From the human T2T-CHM13v2.0 reference genome, Homo sapiens: a stretch of DNA of 64,000 nucleotides. Position 1 is the stretch's first letter. The number at the start of each line of letters is the position of its first letter. The notes below the pieces were generated by a model. The model did no database searches. It was not told where the DNA came from and saw only the letters and a program-made list of their open reading frames with translations. The stretch is from assembly GCF_009914755.1 (NCBI RefSeq), contig NC_060926.1; one strand, given 5' to 3'. Position numbers and translations under genes: made by a program. Below, one piece after another: positions 23,250 to 47,763 of this stretch.

Positions 23250-23991
23250 TCATGCCTGTAATTTCAGCACTTTAGGAGGCCAGAGCAGGAGGAGCACTTG
23301 AGCCCAGGAACTGAAGACCAGCCTGGGCAACATAGTGAGATCCCATCTCTACCAAAACAATAAATAAATTAGCCAGGCGTGGTGGTGCGCATGTGTAGTT
23401 CAGCTATTTGGGAGGCTGAGGTTGGAGATTTGCTTGAGCCTAGGAAGTTGAAGCTGCAGCTATTGTGCCACTGCCCTCTAACCTAGGTGACACAGCGAGA
23501 CTCTGTCTCAAAATAAAATAAAATGTAGTACTTTACAACCTGTATGGAGGGAAATTTGGTTAAGACAACTACATGTGTGCTTACTCTTTCACCTAGCTTT
23601 CATATTTCTTGGAATTTATCTGGAAGATACATCTTCAATAGTACGAATATACATAGACATTGAGTTGTTTACTGCAGTGTTATTTGTAACTGCACAATAT
23701 TAGGAAGTAAATGTCCAAGAATAGGAGATTAGTTGAAATATACTATGGTACATACATGTAATGGAGTACCAACTATACAGCTATAAGAAAAAAATAAGAT
23801 CTCTATGAGCTAGCACAGAGTGATTTTCACCGGTAATATTAGATGCAAAAAGTACATATAGTAGGCTGTCTTGTATAGGACTGGAAGGAAAATAAAAAAG
23901 CCTATCTATTATTGACTTACCTTTAAAAAAAGAAACAAAGAATAAATAGAAAATAATGAACTTGGTTATTTATAAGGGATCCAAGGAATGA

Positions 23992-24436
<445 letters not shown>

Positions 24437-25163
24437 TAAGTACCTAACAATGGAAAGGAGAAAAATTCTTCACAGTATACGCAAACTGAAATAAATGAAC
24501 CCAATTTTATTTTTATTTTATTTATTTATTTTTTTGAGACAGAATCTTGCTTTTGTCACCCTGGCTAGAGTACAGTGGCACGATCCCGGCTCACTGCAAC
24601 GTCCACCTCCCAGGTTCAAGTGATCTCCTGTCTCAGCCTCCCAAGTAGCCAGGATAACAGGTGTCTGCCACCACACCCAGCTAATTGTTGTATATTTAGT
24701 AGAGATGGGGTTTCGCTATGTTGGCCAGGCTGGTCTCAAATTCCCGACCTCAGATGGATGATCCGCCCACCTCGGCCTCCCAAAGTGCTGAGACTACAGG
24801 CCTGAGCCACCGCGCCCGGCCCCAATTGTATTTCATATTACTATAATAACTACCCTGATACCAAAGTTATTGAAAGATAAGGGGGGGGAAAAAAGCCCTG
24901 AAGAGAAAAAGAACTAATTCAAGTGATTTATAAGCACAGTATTTGACTATATACACTCTTGTGCAAGACGTGATATAAAGGATGGAGGAGAATTGCAAAC
25001 AAATACTGAACTCTTTTGAGAAGATTTGTCTTTTAGTAGTGTGGGCAAAGCAATTCTGAAACCATCGTAGATGCATTATAGGATTAAGAAAATAAGTTGA
25101 GGCTGGGTGCAGGGGCTCATACCTGTAATCCCAGCACTTTGGGAGACTGAGGCGGGCAGATCA

Positions 25164-25379
<216 letters not shown>

Positions 25380-25518
25380 TCAAAAGATAAAAATAAAAAA
25401 AAGGAACGAAGCCTTCTTAGAAAAATGATTTATCCCAAGACTGGAGCAGGATAGATACAAGATAAGCCTGGGACATCTTGTAATGTTTTAATAATTTTTG
25501 TAAGAAAGTAAGGAAAGA

Positions 25519-25825
<307 letters not shown>

Positions 25826-25930
25826 AAGAAAGTAAGGAAAGAGCCTGTAATCCCAGCACTTTGGCAGGCCAAGGCAAGAGGACTGCTTGATCCCAGAATT
25901 TCACAACCAGCCTGGGCAACATAGACCTTA

Positions 25931-26092
<162 letters not shown>

Positions 26093-26950
26093 TCAAAAAC
26101 AAAACAAAGCAAAAAAAGGAAGGAAAAGTACCTAAAAATATCATGGAGACTTGTCATAAGGACACAGGAGCCAGCTGGAAGGAACTCCCACTGGCTAAAT
26201 CTGGGTCAATTTGAGTGCTAAACAAGTACATTAATGAACTGTGAACCACTGGAAGGAAAATGAATCATGAGTAGAATGTCAAGTGCCAACTGGTAAATGT
26301 AGGATTGCTGGAGTTGGCAGCTTATCATTCTGCAACCATTGTGTTAAGGATTGGATCAGGCAAGAATCATCAAAGGATCCTAAATCTAGGGGCAGTTTCA
26401 ATGAGGAGCCAGGATATTTGCATGCCTTCCACATATCTCAAGGGAAAAGTTAGTAATTATAAAATGGGAAAAATGGACACCTTGACCAGGTAATAAAAGT
26501 TAACATTATTAAAGAAGGACACATGGAAATCCATGATACCTAGAGAAGGACACATAACTAATATAGTACTATATTCCAGTCAAGAATGCATAACCTGAAT
26601 TTAATCATGAGGTAATATCACACAAACCCCAAATTAGGAATGTTCTGTTACAAAAAGGGGGATCGCATTTTTCAAAAATGCGAATGTCATATAAAACAGA
26701 CTGTGGGAAAGGTCTAGGTCAAAGGAAGCAAAAAAGACTGGACGACTAGGCAGTGCCTGTCTTTTACTGGATGAGAAGAATGTGATAAAGGACATGATGA
26801 TTAGAGAAAAATGTTGTTTCAATGTTAAATGTGCTGAAGCTGATAATACTGTGGTTTTATAAGAGAATAACCATATTCTTAGGAAATAATCTAAGAAGTG
26901 TTTAAGAATAAAGGACCATGATTCTACTGTGTATTGGTTCAAAAAAAGAT

Positions 26951-26977
26951 TGTGTGTGTGTGTGTGTGTGTGTGTGT
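26951..26977. repeat. (TG)13 microsatellite
   Basis: Uninterrupted TG run. Confidence 0.93.
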
Positions 26978-27374
26978 AGAAAGAGGTAATAAAAGCAAAC
27001 AGTAAAATGGTATCAGTAGGTGAATAGGTAAATCTGGGTAAAAGTATATGGTGGATTCTTTGTACTATTCTTGTGACTGTTGTGTAAGGTTTAAATTATT
27101 TCCAAATAAAAATTTTAAACAATTTTTAAAGTTTAAAAAGTTAAAATATAGCACATCTCAAGAATTTTCTTAGTCAACCAATTATAACAGACCATACTCT
27201 AGGATCATCAGTTTTGGATTATTTCCTTTGATTTGTTGATGAAGCACTAAACTGAAAGCAATAGGAAATTTTCTTTATAGCTGTAGTTTCTACCTATTGA
27301 AGGCCATTAGCTTCTATTAGGAGATTGTATTGAATTGGATACATTTATTTTTCACAAACAAAACAAAGTCTCTA

Positions 27375-27725
<351 letters not shown>

Positions 27726-28515
27726 TCATACATATCCTCAAAGATCTTTACAGCTGCCTTACATTTCAGATTGTTACCTAGGTCTTAGTTTAGTTTACTA
27801 TAACCTTTTGACCCAAAAGTAGGAATATTGCCAGCTAGGAATCAGTAATGCTATTGCAATAAAAAGGGAAAGTGTTTTAAGTAAAGCGCTCTAATTTGGA
27901 AGCATTAACTCAATTTATATATTTTGTTCTTGAGACAAAAAAATTGAGTGAAGTTAAAGTTGGCAAACAAGATCAGTTTTGGCTTTTGCACTAACCTCAA
28001 GAAAAATAACTACTGTAATATCAAATGTCAGACATTTAGTCTGCAATTGCTAGGTGTTTAACCAAAATAAAAATAATTTTATTTGTTGAAGTTTAAAGAA
28101 AGAAAATATAAAAATCAGAAACAGAACTTTTGCTCATGGCCATATAACAATAAATAGAAAGTTTGGTGATGGTGAGTTTTTTCTCCTTTAAAATTTTTCA
28201 TTATGGCAGGGCACAGTGGCTCATGCCTGTAATCCCAGCACTTTGGGATCGCTTGATCCCAGGAGTTTGAGACCAGTCTGGGCAACATGGAGAAACCCCA
28301 TCTGTACCAAAAATACAAAAATTAGCTGGGCATAGTGGCGCACACCTGTGATCCCTGCTACTTGGGAGGCTGAGATGGGAGGATCACTTGAGTATGGGAG
28401 GATCACTTGAGTTTGGGAGGCGGAAGTTGCTGTAATCCAAGATTGCGCCAGTGCACTCCAGCCTAGGCTACGGAGTGAGAACCTGTCTTAAAAAAAAATG
28501 AACATAAAAATTTTA

Positions 28516-29279
<764 letters not shown>

Positions 29280-30273
29280 TCAGGAGTTCGAGACCAGCCT
29301 GGCCTATATGACAAAACCCCATTTCTACTAAAAATACAAAAAGTATAGCCAGGTGTGGTGGCATGTGCCTGCAGTCCCAGCTACTCAGGAGGCTGAGGCA
29401 GAATAATCTCTTGAACCTGGGAAGTGAAGCGGAGGTTGCAGTAAGCTGAGATCGTGCCACTGCACTCCAGCCTGGGCAACAGAAAGAGATTCCGTCTCAA
29501 AAAAAACCAAAAACAAAACAAAACAAAAAAGTGGGTAGTGTGGGAAGACTGTGGAAAGGTTATTTTTTATTTTTTTGAGGCGGAGTCTCGCTCTGTCGCC
29601 CAGGCTGGAGTACGGTGGCTCACTCGGCTCACTGCAAGCTCCGCCTCCCGGGTTCACGCCATTCTCCTGCCTCAGCCTCCTGAGTAGCTGGGACTACAGG
29701 CGCCTGCCACCACGCCTGGCTAATTTGTTTTTGTATTTTTAATAGAGACGGGGTTTCACCGTGTTAGCCAGGATGGTCTCGATCTCCTGACCTCATGATC
29801 CGCCCGCCTCGGCCTCCCAAAGTGCTGGGATTACAGGCGTGAGCCACCGCGCCTGCTGGAAAGGTCACTTATTATTCCTATAGTTTTGTATTGTTTGAAT
29901 CTTTAATTTAAAATGAGAATATATTCATGTATTATTTGTGTAACCAATAACCTGCTTGTTTATTTGGAAAAAGAGAAAAATGACATAAGTAGCAAGGAAA
30001 AAAATAATCTCCAATAGTCTCTACACCCATATACAACCATTGTTAATATTTAGAATGTTTCTTTCCAGTCTTTTCTCTTTTATTTTTGCGTAGCTGTATT
30101 TGTAATATACATCCATTTTAGATCCTGCCTTTTTGTTTAACATAAATATTTTCCAGGTTACTATATATGTTTCATAGTTGTCAGGTTTTTGTTTTGTGTT
30201 GTTGTTTTTTGATTCGGTCTCGTTCTGTTGCCCAGGTGGGAGTGCAGGTTTTTTGTATTTGTATTTTTAGTAG

Positions 30274-30396
<123 letters not shown>

Positions 30397-30765
30397 TAGT
30401 GTAACATCTCACGTACCCCATAAATATATATACCTACTATGTACCCACAAAAATAAAAAATTAAAAAATATATATTAATGTAGAAGGCACAGGATAAGAG
30501 AAATATAAGGTTGCATCCTTTAGGAAAATATTAATTCTTTAATGCAGTAGTAACAAAATTCCATTTACACATTATTTATTGTTCATCAGACAGTTTTCAT
30601 TCTGAAGTTTTGCTAGCTCTGCACTTCTGAATGCCAGCCTCTATCCCGTATCTACCCTACCTACCTACCTTGCTCCTCTTCTCTCAAAAAGTAATCCTTT
30701 TTCATGTTGGGGTTTTTAAAATTTTACATTACTTATTTGCCTGATGAACAAAGCAAAACCTGTTA

Positions 30766-31110
<345 letters not shown>

Positions 31111-31540
31111 TCAAGGTTAAAAAAAAAAAAAAAAAAAAAAAAATCTAAGTCCCAAGCATGTATGGTGGAATTGACCAGTGTTTAATAAATATCTTCTGAA
31201 ATACTAGACAGAATTGGTTGCAGACTATGAAATAATTTCCATGTCTTTATTTCAACAACTGCAATTTTTATTGTCTTTTTAGGATTTCCAATTCCATGTG
31301 TGTCCCTCTCTTCCTGCCTTAACTGTGTCTCATTTCCTTATAATGTGCTCTCTGATTACTGAGCATTTTCTGCGTATTTTCATATGCAAAAACTAATTAC
31401 CCATCTAATAATTATTTAGTGGTTTCAGATACAGACGTACTATAATAGAGTCATAGATACATGGAAACATTTAAAATACATTCAAAACCAAGATGAGACT
31501 AGCCATGATTTGAGTAACAAGCATCTTTAAAATAATGTTA

Positions 31541-31972
<432 letters not shown>

Positions 31973-32488
31973 TTAATCAACTGCCAAAAAAAAAAAAAAA
32001 AAGGATAATTTGAGGGAGAGAAGCATAAGGTTTCACTTGATTGTTTGGAATGTTATATAGTGTAATGATTAAGAGCATAGGTCATCAGTCGTAGTGCCTG
32101 GGTTAAAAACCTTGCTGTTAAACTTGCTAAACATAACCTTGAGCAGATTATTTAGCCTCTGTGCATCAATTACTTCATATGCAAAATAATAGTATCCAAT
32201 TTATGTGGGTGTTTAGATTAAACAAGATAATACACTAAAGTGCCCACATAGAGAAGACATTCAATAAATAACAGTTACTTTCTTAGGAAATAACTGTCTT
32301 TAAGTCATTTTAGAAACTATTACAAACATCCTCCCCCATATCATTTTCCTTTTACCATAAAGGATACTTTTCTGCTAATTTTTATTTATTATGTATGAAA
32401 GCCTATATTCTGTGATTTTTTTTTTAATTTGAAGGATTGTTATTGAGTTTCCTATGATATTTGTTGTTTCCTATGTCCTTATACTTGA

Positions 32489-32926
<438 letters not shown>

Positions 32927-32944
32927 TTAGCAATAAGTAAGAGG

Positions 32945-33495
32945 CAGTGGATCCTCATTGTTCCTGAATTCCGTTTTGCCCCCCTTTTACTTGCTAAAAT
33001 GTATTTGTAACCCCAAAACCAATATTCACAGTGCTTTCATGGTTATTCCTAGACATGCACAGAGTGGCAAAAAATTCAAGTCACCCAAGGTGCACGTTCC
33101 TAGCTTAGGTTGAAGAAGGCTATGCTCTGCCTTCTTGTTTCAGTTGTCATACTGTAAACAAGTATCTTTTTCAGTCTATTTAGTGGTATTCTTTTGCATT
33201 TTTATGCTTTTTGTTGCTTTTGTGGTTTGAAATGGCCTGCAAGAGTGGTGCCAAAGTGCTGTCTAGTATTCCAAAGAACAAGAAGGCTGTGATACACCTT
33301 CAGGAGAAATACGTGTGTGAGGTAAAATTCATTCAGGCATGAGTTATAGTGCTGTTGGCCATGAGTTAAGTGTCAATGAGTCAACCATATACAACCATAT
33401 ACAGTATGTTAAATAAGTTGTCTTTAAACAGAAAAACATAAAAGAAGGCTATGTATTTGGAATGGGTTGACAGAACGTTGTGACTTGAGGCTCTT
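32945..33495. mobile_element. MER82-like TcMar-Tigger DNA transposon relic
   Basis: CAGTGGATCCTCATT start; TTTGTAACCCCAAAA, CTCTGCCTTCTTGTTTCAG and GGCATGAGTTATAGTGCTGTTGGCCATGAG motifs. Confidence 0.75.
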
Positions 33496-33819
33496 TTTAA
33501 GTTAACAGGGCATGGTGGCATGTGCCCGTACTTCCAAAGTAGTCCCAACTGTTTGGAAGGCTGAGGTGGGAGGATCATTTGAGCCCAGGAGTTTAAGGCT
33601 ACACTGAGCTATGATCACTCTACTGCACTCCAGGTGGGGCAACAAAGCAAGACCGCTCTAAGAAGGGCCAGGCATGGCAGCTCACACCTGTAATCCCAGC
33701 ATTTTGAGAGCCTGAAGTTGGTGGATCACTTGAGCCCAGCAGTTTCAATAGTAACTTGGGCAACATAGCAAAACCCCGTCTCTACAAAAACAAAACGAAA
33801 TGAAAGAACAAAAAGATTA

Positions 33820-34492
<673 letters not shown>

Positions 34493-34799
34493 TTTTTTTA
34501 ATAAAAAAAAGTAGAGCAGTTTAGGTTGATAGCAAAATTGAGAGGAAAGAAGAGAATTCCCGTTATCTCCCCTCTGCTCCCACACATGCATAGCCTCCCC
34601 CATTATCAACATTCCCACCAGAGTGGCACATAATACAGTTAAGTATTTGTATTTACACATTAAAACCTCCAAACACATGCTTGAGATGGGGTGTGCAGTA
34701 ATAAGCACTACTGTGTTTTAACCTTTGGCAGCTTTTATTCTTTCCTCCCAACTTTCAATTATTTTCTTTTCATTTCCAATTTTTTAACCTTTCTCTACT

Positions 34800-38810
<4,011 letters not shown>

Positions 38811-39382
38811 GTAATTCTTTATTTGGTATTGGAACTTGTTACTCAGGAATGTGTTCTTTTGACCGGGTACAGTGGCTCATGCCTGTAATCCCAATACTTC
38901 AGGAGGCTGAGGTGGGAAAATCATTTGATGCCAGGAACTTGAGACCAGCCTGGGTAATATAGTGAGACCTTGTCTCTGAAAAATAAAAAGAAAAGTTAGC
39001 TGGGCATAGTGGTGCACACCTATAGTCCTAGCTACTCCAGAAGCTGAGGCAGTTGGATCACTTAAGCCTAGGAGTTTGAGGCTGCAGTGAGGTGTGACTG
39101 CACTCAGGCATCATGAGAGAGTATCTTACTCTATATAACTAACCCAGAAGATGATAAAAATTTGAAGTAAGATTTCTATACATTGCTTTTAAGCTATGGT
39201 AAAGTCAAAAAATTTTAAGTCGGGAAGCATCTGTATTTCTCATTTTCAACTGTTACAGGAACTACTTTAAACAGCACAGATATTCTAAACACATCACTTT
39301 GGTTGTTCCCCCAATACTTGTCTGTTGTTTAAAAATCAAGGCTTTGTGTTATAATATGCTGTTCAGTGTCAGTGTCTAATAT

Positions 39383-39435
39383 TTCCTTCCTTCCTTCCCT
39401 CCCTCCCTCCCTTCCTTCCTTCTTTCCTTCCTTCC
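39383..39435. repeat. (CCTT)n/(CCCT)n polypyrimidine repeat
   Basis: TTCCTTCCTTCCTTCCCTCCCTCCCTCCCTTCCTTCC... Confidence 0.88.
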
Positions 39436-39541
39436 GAAAAAAAATAAGGCCGGGCGCGGTGGCTTACGCCTGTAATCCCAGCACTTTGGGAGGCCGAGGC
39501 GGGTGGATCATGAGGTCAGGAGATCGAGACCATCCTGGCTA

Positions 39542-40113
<572 letters not shown>

Positions 40114-40311
40114 TCAAGCAATCCTCCTGACTCGGCCTCCCAAAGTGCTGGGATTACAGACATGAGCCACTGCGCCCAGCCAATGCCCTAATAGTTTCTA
40201 ATTATTTTTGAATAATATAAATGGTAATTAATGCCTCTGTTTTTTAATTATAGAACTTTAAGATGTGTTTAGTGATCCTAAGTATGACTGGTTTTTACCT
40301 GAAACTTTTTT

Positions 40312-40598
40312 TTGTAGGGTTGCCATAATAAATTATCACAAATAGGGTGACTAAAAATAACAGAAATTTGTTCTTGGACAGCTTTGGAGGCCAGCAGTCT
40401 AAAGCCAAGGTATTGGCTGAGTTGGTTCCTTCTGGAGGCTGTAAAGGAGAATCTGTTACATGCCTTGAGATCTCCTAGCTTTGACAGGTTTCAGTAAATC
40501 ATTGGTGTTCCTCGGTTTGTAGCTGCGTAATTCTAATCTCTGCTTCTGCCTTCACATGGCCTTCATCTCTATGTGTCTCAAATCTCCCTTTGCCTTTA

Positions 40599-40629
<31 letters not shown>

Positions 40630-40992
40630 GAGACAGAGTCTCACTCTGTCACCCAGGCTGGAGTGTAGTGGTGTGATCTCAGCTCACTACAGCCTCTGCC
40701 TCCCGGGTTCAACGGATTCTTCTGCCTCAGCCTCCTGAGTAGCTGGGACTACAGTTGCACACGACCATGCCTGCTTATTTTGTATTTTTGGTAGAGTTGG
40801 GCTTTCACCATGTTGACCAGGCTGGTCTCAAACTCCTGACCTCAAGTGATTCGCCCGCCTGGGCCTCCCAAGGTGCTGAGATTACGGGCATGAGCCAGGG
40901 CACCCAGCCCCTTTGCCTTTATCTTATAAGGACATCTGTCCTTGAATTCAGGAACCACCATATGCAGGATGATCTCAAGATCCTTAATTGCT
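40312..40992 (-). mobile_element. MaLR MLT1 LTR with Alu insertion
   Basis: GGTTCCTTCTGGAGGCTGTAAAGGAGAATCTG and CTTATAAGGACA motifs; Alu TSD CCTTTGCCTTTATCTT. Confidence 0.65.
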
Positions 40993-43900
40993 AAGTGAGG
41001 GCTTAGTGCCTAGGGTGAGGGCAAGGGCAGTTCTCTAAAGAACTGCCATTGGCCTTTAGGATAAAACATCAGTTGTACCAGACCATCCCAAGCATTGAAG
41101 GATTTTAAAGTTCCTGGTCTACACTCATTAATGCCAATAGCCCTCTAACCCTAATATGACAATTAAAAAAAATGCCCCCATACACTTTCACATCCCTTTC
41201 CCAGCAGGAGGAGGAATGCTTGTCTTAAGAAAGAAAGGATATTTAGAACATATATTGCCTTACTTCTCCATGCTAATGGAAGGCATAATGTCATACAGAA
41301 AAGTAGAAAACAGACACAGAATTAGTGTCTCTCTTTTGAAATTGTCTACTTACCTATCAACATGAGTTCTGAAATATTTGTATTATTTTGAAATAGCAAA
41401 ATAATGAGACAGGCCGGGCAGGGTGGCTCACGCTTGTAATCCCAGCACTTTGGTGGGGCAAGGCAAGCGGATCACTTGAGGCCAGGAGTTTGAGACCAGC
41501 CTGGCCAACATGGCGAAACCCCATCCCTACTAAAAAATACAAAAAAACTTAGCCTGCCTGGTGGTGCACGCCTGTAGTCCCAGCTACTCAGGCGGCTACA
41601 GCACAAGAATTGCTTGAACTTGGGAGGTGGAGTTGGCAGTGAGCCGAGATCGCATCACTGCACCTGGGCAATAGAGCAAGACTGTCTCCAAAAAAAAAAA
41701 AAAAGACACATTAAAGGCTTATTGCACATGTTCGTAGTCTTATTTCAATTTTTATTCATCTTCAGAATGAATTATATGGACCATTCTACTTAGAATAAAG
41801 AACTTTAAGACTGGGCATGGTGGTTTACACCTATAATCCCAGCACTTTGGCAAGCCAAGGCAGGAGAATTGCTTGAGTCCAGGAGTTCAGGATCAGCCTA
41901 GGCAATATAGTGAGACCCTGCCTCTACAAGAAATTTTTAAAAAAATTAGCTGGGTGTGGTGGTGCACGCCTGTAGTGCCAGCCACTCAGGAGTCTGAGGT
42001 GGGAGGATCACCTGAGCCCCAGGGAGATGGAGGCTACAGTGAGCTGTGTATTCTCATGGGTCTTATATTTTGAAAGAAATTATGCTGTACAAATTATACT
42101 TATTATAATTGATTTCCCCATTTTTATTAATAAAAAAATGCCTGCCTAATAGAGCTTTTTATCCGCATGATAGCAAACTATTTTTTAATTATGTTCTGAA
42201 AATAAAATTTTACTTAAGCAAAGACACCTGGCATATGTAAGCCTATGAAGCTTTATTATGCATAAATAAGTTTGATTTTCAAGAGGTTTTTTTTTCTAAC
42301 ACTGAAAGTAACTTAGTCTGTTTTATAATAGTCATCTAGGAACTTAATGGCTAAAGAAGACCCCAGGTTGGGCACTTCTAATGAATTTGTAGACTGAAAA
42401 TTGAGAATTCTGTATAATGAATCAGATTCATACATCAGAGTTAATACTAACAAGAATTTGAACATAATAATTTTCCTGGAATAGTAAGTAGTTTGTCTTT
42501 ATATCACTAATAAATAATGATCAGATTTCCATGAAACTTGAATTACAGTTAAAAAATCAATAAGATAAAAACGTAGAGGATAATATTTGAGGCTGCTTCT
42601 CTATCACAAATCAATGCAAACGCCAGAACACTGCTATAAAGTCAAGTGTTCTATTCTGAAGGGTTTACTTTGCCTGTATTGCACCACAATCAAGTTATAC
42701 TTTTTGTATTTTTCTGAACTGGTCTGGGTTCAGTTTCCTCGAAGAAAATACCACCTAGCTAGTTTATGTAAGAAAGGACAGCAAATTATTAAAATGATTG
42801 CAGAATTGTTGAGAGCACTTGAATAATGATCCTCAAACTTTAGCATTAATCAGTATCAGTTTGGAGGCCCTTGAAAACAGATTGTTGGCCCCACCCTCAA
42901 GATTTTTTTACTATAGGGGTGCACCACCAACACCCGGCCAATTTTTGTAATTTTAGGAGAGATTGGGTTTCACTATTTTGGCCAGGCTGGTCTTGAACTT
43001 TTGACCTCAGGTGATTAGCATGCCTCACCCTTCCAAAGTGCTGGGATTGCAGGCGTGAGCCTCCGCATGCCACTGCGCCCGGCCTATTTCCAGTATAATC
43101 TTGTCATTAGTGCTCCCCATCATGTATTTATTCATGTATCCATTCATTCATTCAACAGGTATTGAATACACACTATGCATGCAAGCCACTTTCAAATATT
43201 GGCAATAAAGAGGTGAATACGATTTTGTTTCTCATTCTCTTTATTATCCCTATCCGTGAACTCCTGTTGAGGGTATAAGGGTGAATATGTCAGGAAGGAA
43301 TATGGGTAGATTGGAATATTGTAATTATGCCAATAATTACAATATTATGACATAAGTGCTGACAGTATTATAAAGCATTTTATAAATACTGAAAATTGTG
43401 TGAGTTCAGGTGTTTATATGTATATTCTTAATATTTTAAAAATAAAACATCTTTTGAAAAAGGTGAGAACCACCCTTAGACTGTTTTTTAAAATGTGAAA
43501 TTTACTGTCTTAACCTTTTTAAACAAAAAAACAAAAAAACAGAGTCAGGTTCTCACTCTGTCTCCCAGGCTGGAGTGCGGTGGCATGATCATAGCTCACA
43601 GCAGCCTCAAACTCCTGGGCTCAAGTGATCCTCCCACTTCAGCCTCCCTAGTAGCTAGAATCTTTTTTTTAATGTTTTGTAGAGACAGGGTCTTGCTGTG
43701 TTCCTCAGGATGGTCTCAAGCTCCTGGCTTCAAGCAATCCTCCTGCCTCGGCCTCCCAAAGTGCTAGAATTACAGGTGTGAGCCAGCACGCACAGAGTTT
43801 AACCATTTTTAAAAATATAAAATTTACTCTCATAGTAATTTTTAAGTGCACAGTTTAGTAGCATTAAGCACATTCACATTATTGTGTAACCAACCTCCAG

Positions 43901-44020
43901 AACTCTTTTTGTCTTGCAAAACTGAAACTCTATACCCATTAAACAACTCACCAATCTCCCCTGCTCCCAACCCTTGGCAATTACCATTCCACTTTGTGTC
44001 TGATGAATTTTACTACTTGA

Positions 44021-44416
<396 letters not shown>

Positions 44417-45963
44417 TAAATGGAGATATGAAAAAAGAAAAACAAAGTTAAGGGAACAAAAAGCAAGGAATAAGACAATTATAAAAGTAAAGACAGTGGT
44501 GATTAATTTAAGTCACAATAGATGGAATTCCTATATAACCTAGAGAGAAAGTTAGAATATAATTGGACTAAGAAGAAGGTGCTGAAGATAGAAGTAGATT
44601 TAAAGTTGTAGTTTAAGGTTTATACATCTCACAAGTGGTAAATAAATGTTGATCTTTAGGAATATTACATATCTTACCCCACAAAACAACTGAAGTGCTG
44701 TGTTTTAAATAAACAAACATGATTAATTTTAACAGTGTTAAAAATTCATTTTATAGTTAGTAGTGGGATTCTGGGCATTACTTACAGACTCCTTTGTTTG
44801 GATAAAATTTTGTCTACAATTGTGAGAAAAACATGGACAGAATTTTTAGAAAATTGAAAGTTTTATATGTTGACACACACCTACGTAAGATGTTACATGG
44901 GCAGTAGTAGGCATACTAATATATCAGTCAGCTGTTGCTGATAATACTTCATCAGCAAGCCACCCCTAAGCTCAGTGGCTTTAACAACAAGCATTTATTC
45001 TCATAATCATAGGTTTGTAGAACAGCTGGATTTTGGCTGATCTAGGCAGGACTCAGCTTCAGGCTTCAGGATCAATTCATATCTTTTTGTCTGGGACCCA
45101 CGATCAAGGGGCAACATTTACTCAAGCTTCTATCAATAGTGGATTGCCTGCTCATAAGAAGTGCAAACGCAGCTACCCAAGCATATTTTAGATTTCTGCT
45201 CGCCTTATATTTGTCAGCTTCTCATTGGTCTGATCAAGTTATGTGGCCAGATTCAAAGTCAAGGGGCAAGGAGGTACACTCCATCTATCACGAGGCCGTG
45301 GCAGAAGGTGGATATATTTTCATTATAGGGAAGTGACAATTTTAGGAAGTAAAGAGAGTTACCTTCTAAAGTCAAAAGGTATGTACACACACACACACAC
45401 ACGAGGTTGTACTAAATATATAGCTACTCAAAGATATGTATATATACACAAATGCACACACACAAGTATGTATTGGAACCTATACATTTAGTACCACTTA
45501 TTTTTTGTGTATGGTATACATTCATTTCCTTGAAAATGAAAATAAGTTCTTTGCATGTAAGAATGGACATCCAAAATGTACCCACAATGATATAAATAAA
45601 AAATACTTTTCTCACTCTGCTAGCTTTTACTTTTGTCTGTTTTTGTTTTATTTTGTTTTAAAACCAAGATAGAGTTGGATTAAAAATAGAACTTCCTGCA
45701 TATGCCAGAATTTCTCCAGTGCTTCTAAGCAGGACATGTGAATGCCTCTGAGACAGGTTTGCAGACAGAAATATGTACAGGGAGAAAGAAGAGAACATAA
45801 AAGAATAGGAAGGGTAAAGAGTAGGATTAGGGAAAAGAAGTGTCTGTTTTAGAGATCAAGTACCAGCAACAATTAATCTAAACTCCCCTTAGGGTCATCA
45901 GTGCCCTTGATATTGTTACTTCCTTACTCTCACTATATAAGGAGTATGGTTTGTAGGATCTGA

Positions 45964-46245
<282 letters not shown>

Positions 46246-46405
46246 TGAGTAGCTGGGACTACACAGATGCGCCACTACACCCGGCTAATCTTTTAATTGT
46301 TTGTAGAGATGGGGTCTTGGCAGGTTGTCTAGGCTGGTCTTGAACTGCTGGGCTTAAGTGATCCTCCCGCCTTGGGCTCCCAAAGTACTGAGATTGCGGT
46401 CATGA

Positions 46406-46783
<378 letters not shown>

Positions 46784-47532
46784 TAACTCTGGCCTGCCTT
46801 ATTGCTGACTACTGCCTCTAGTGCCAAAAGAGAAACAACTAGAGGATGTACAGCCTATTTGTCTGCTTCATTTAAAATTCTTCTCTTAGCAACAAAATTA
46901 AAGTCCTAAATATAACTAAAAAATCAAATGTATACATTTGTGGAATGTAAAAGGAATTACACACAATGTTCTTTTTATTGTCATTATAGTCCCCAGGCTC
47001 CTTACAAGGAAAAGTAGCTACATTTGTTACATAGAAAAACAGCCCTGAATTATTTTCAGCTACATACAAACACCATGGTTAAATCTTCAAAACATATTAC
47101 TGAACTGAAGAAGCAAGGCACAAAAATTCCATTTATATAAAATTCAGAAATAGGCAAAAAAACTCAGCATTCAGTGATAGTAATACTATTAAGAAAAGCA
47201 AGGAAATGATTACCACAGAAGTCAGAATAGTGACTATTTCTGGGGCAGAGGAAGGATGTTAGGAACAGGTAGGAGCAGGTAGGAGACTTTTGGGACCCTT
47301 GGTGTTGTATTTTGTGGCCTTGGTGCTAGTTACATAAGTGTTTGCTTCATCATGATTCACCAAGCTCTGCATTTTGTATTATAAACATTTTCGTGTATAA
47401 TGCTTATACATTATACACGAAAATGTATATAATTTTGTGGGTTATATTTTGTAAGGTTTAAAAAATGGAAGTCAGGATGGGCGGTTACAAGTGGTGACTC
47501 ACGCTTGTAATCCCAGCACTTTGGTAGGCCTA

Positions 47533-47763
<231 letters not shown>

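Noticed and set aside
28375-28412. 19-bp tandem duplication
   Set aside because: Slippage within an old Alu; no functional sign.
30426-30460. Sequence identical to ~9004-9038
   Set aside because: Both are L1MA 3' termini, so the match reflects shared repeat ancestry.
41026-41047. 9-bp hairpin GGCAGTTCT-CTAA-AGAACTGCC
   Set aside because: A single short stem in a probable MER20-like relic, compatible with chance in 64 kb.
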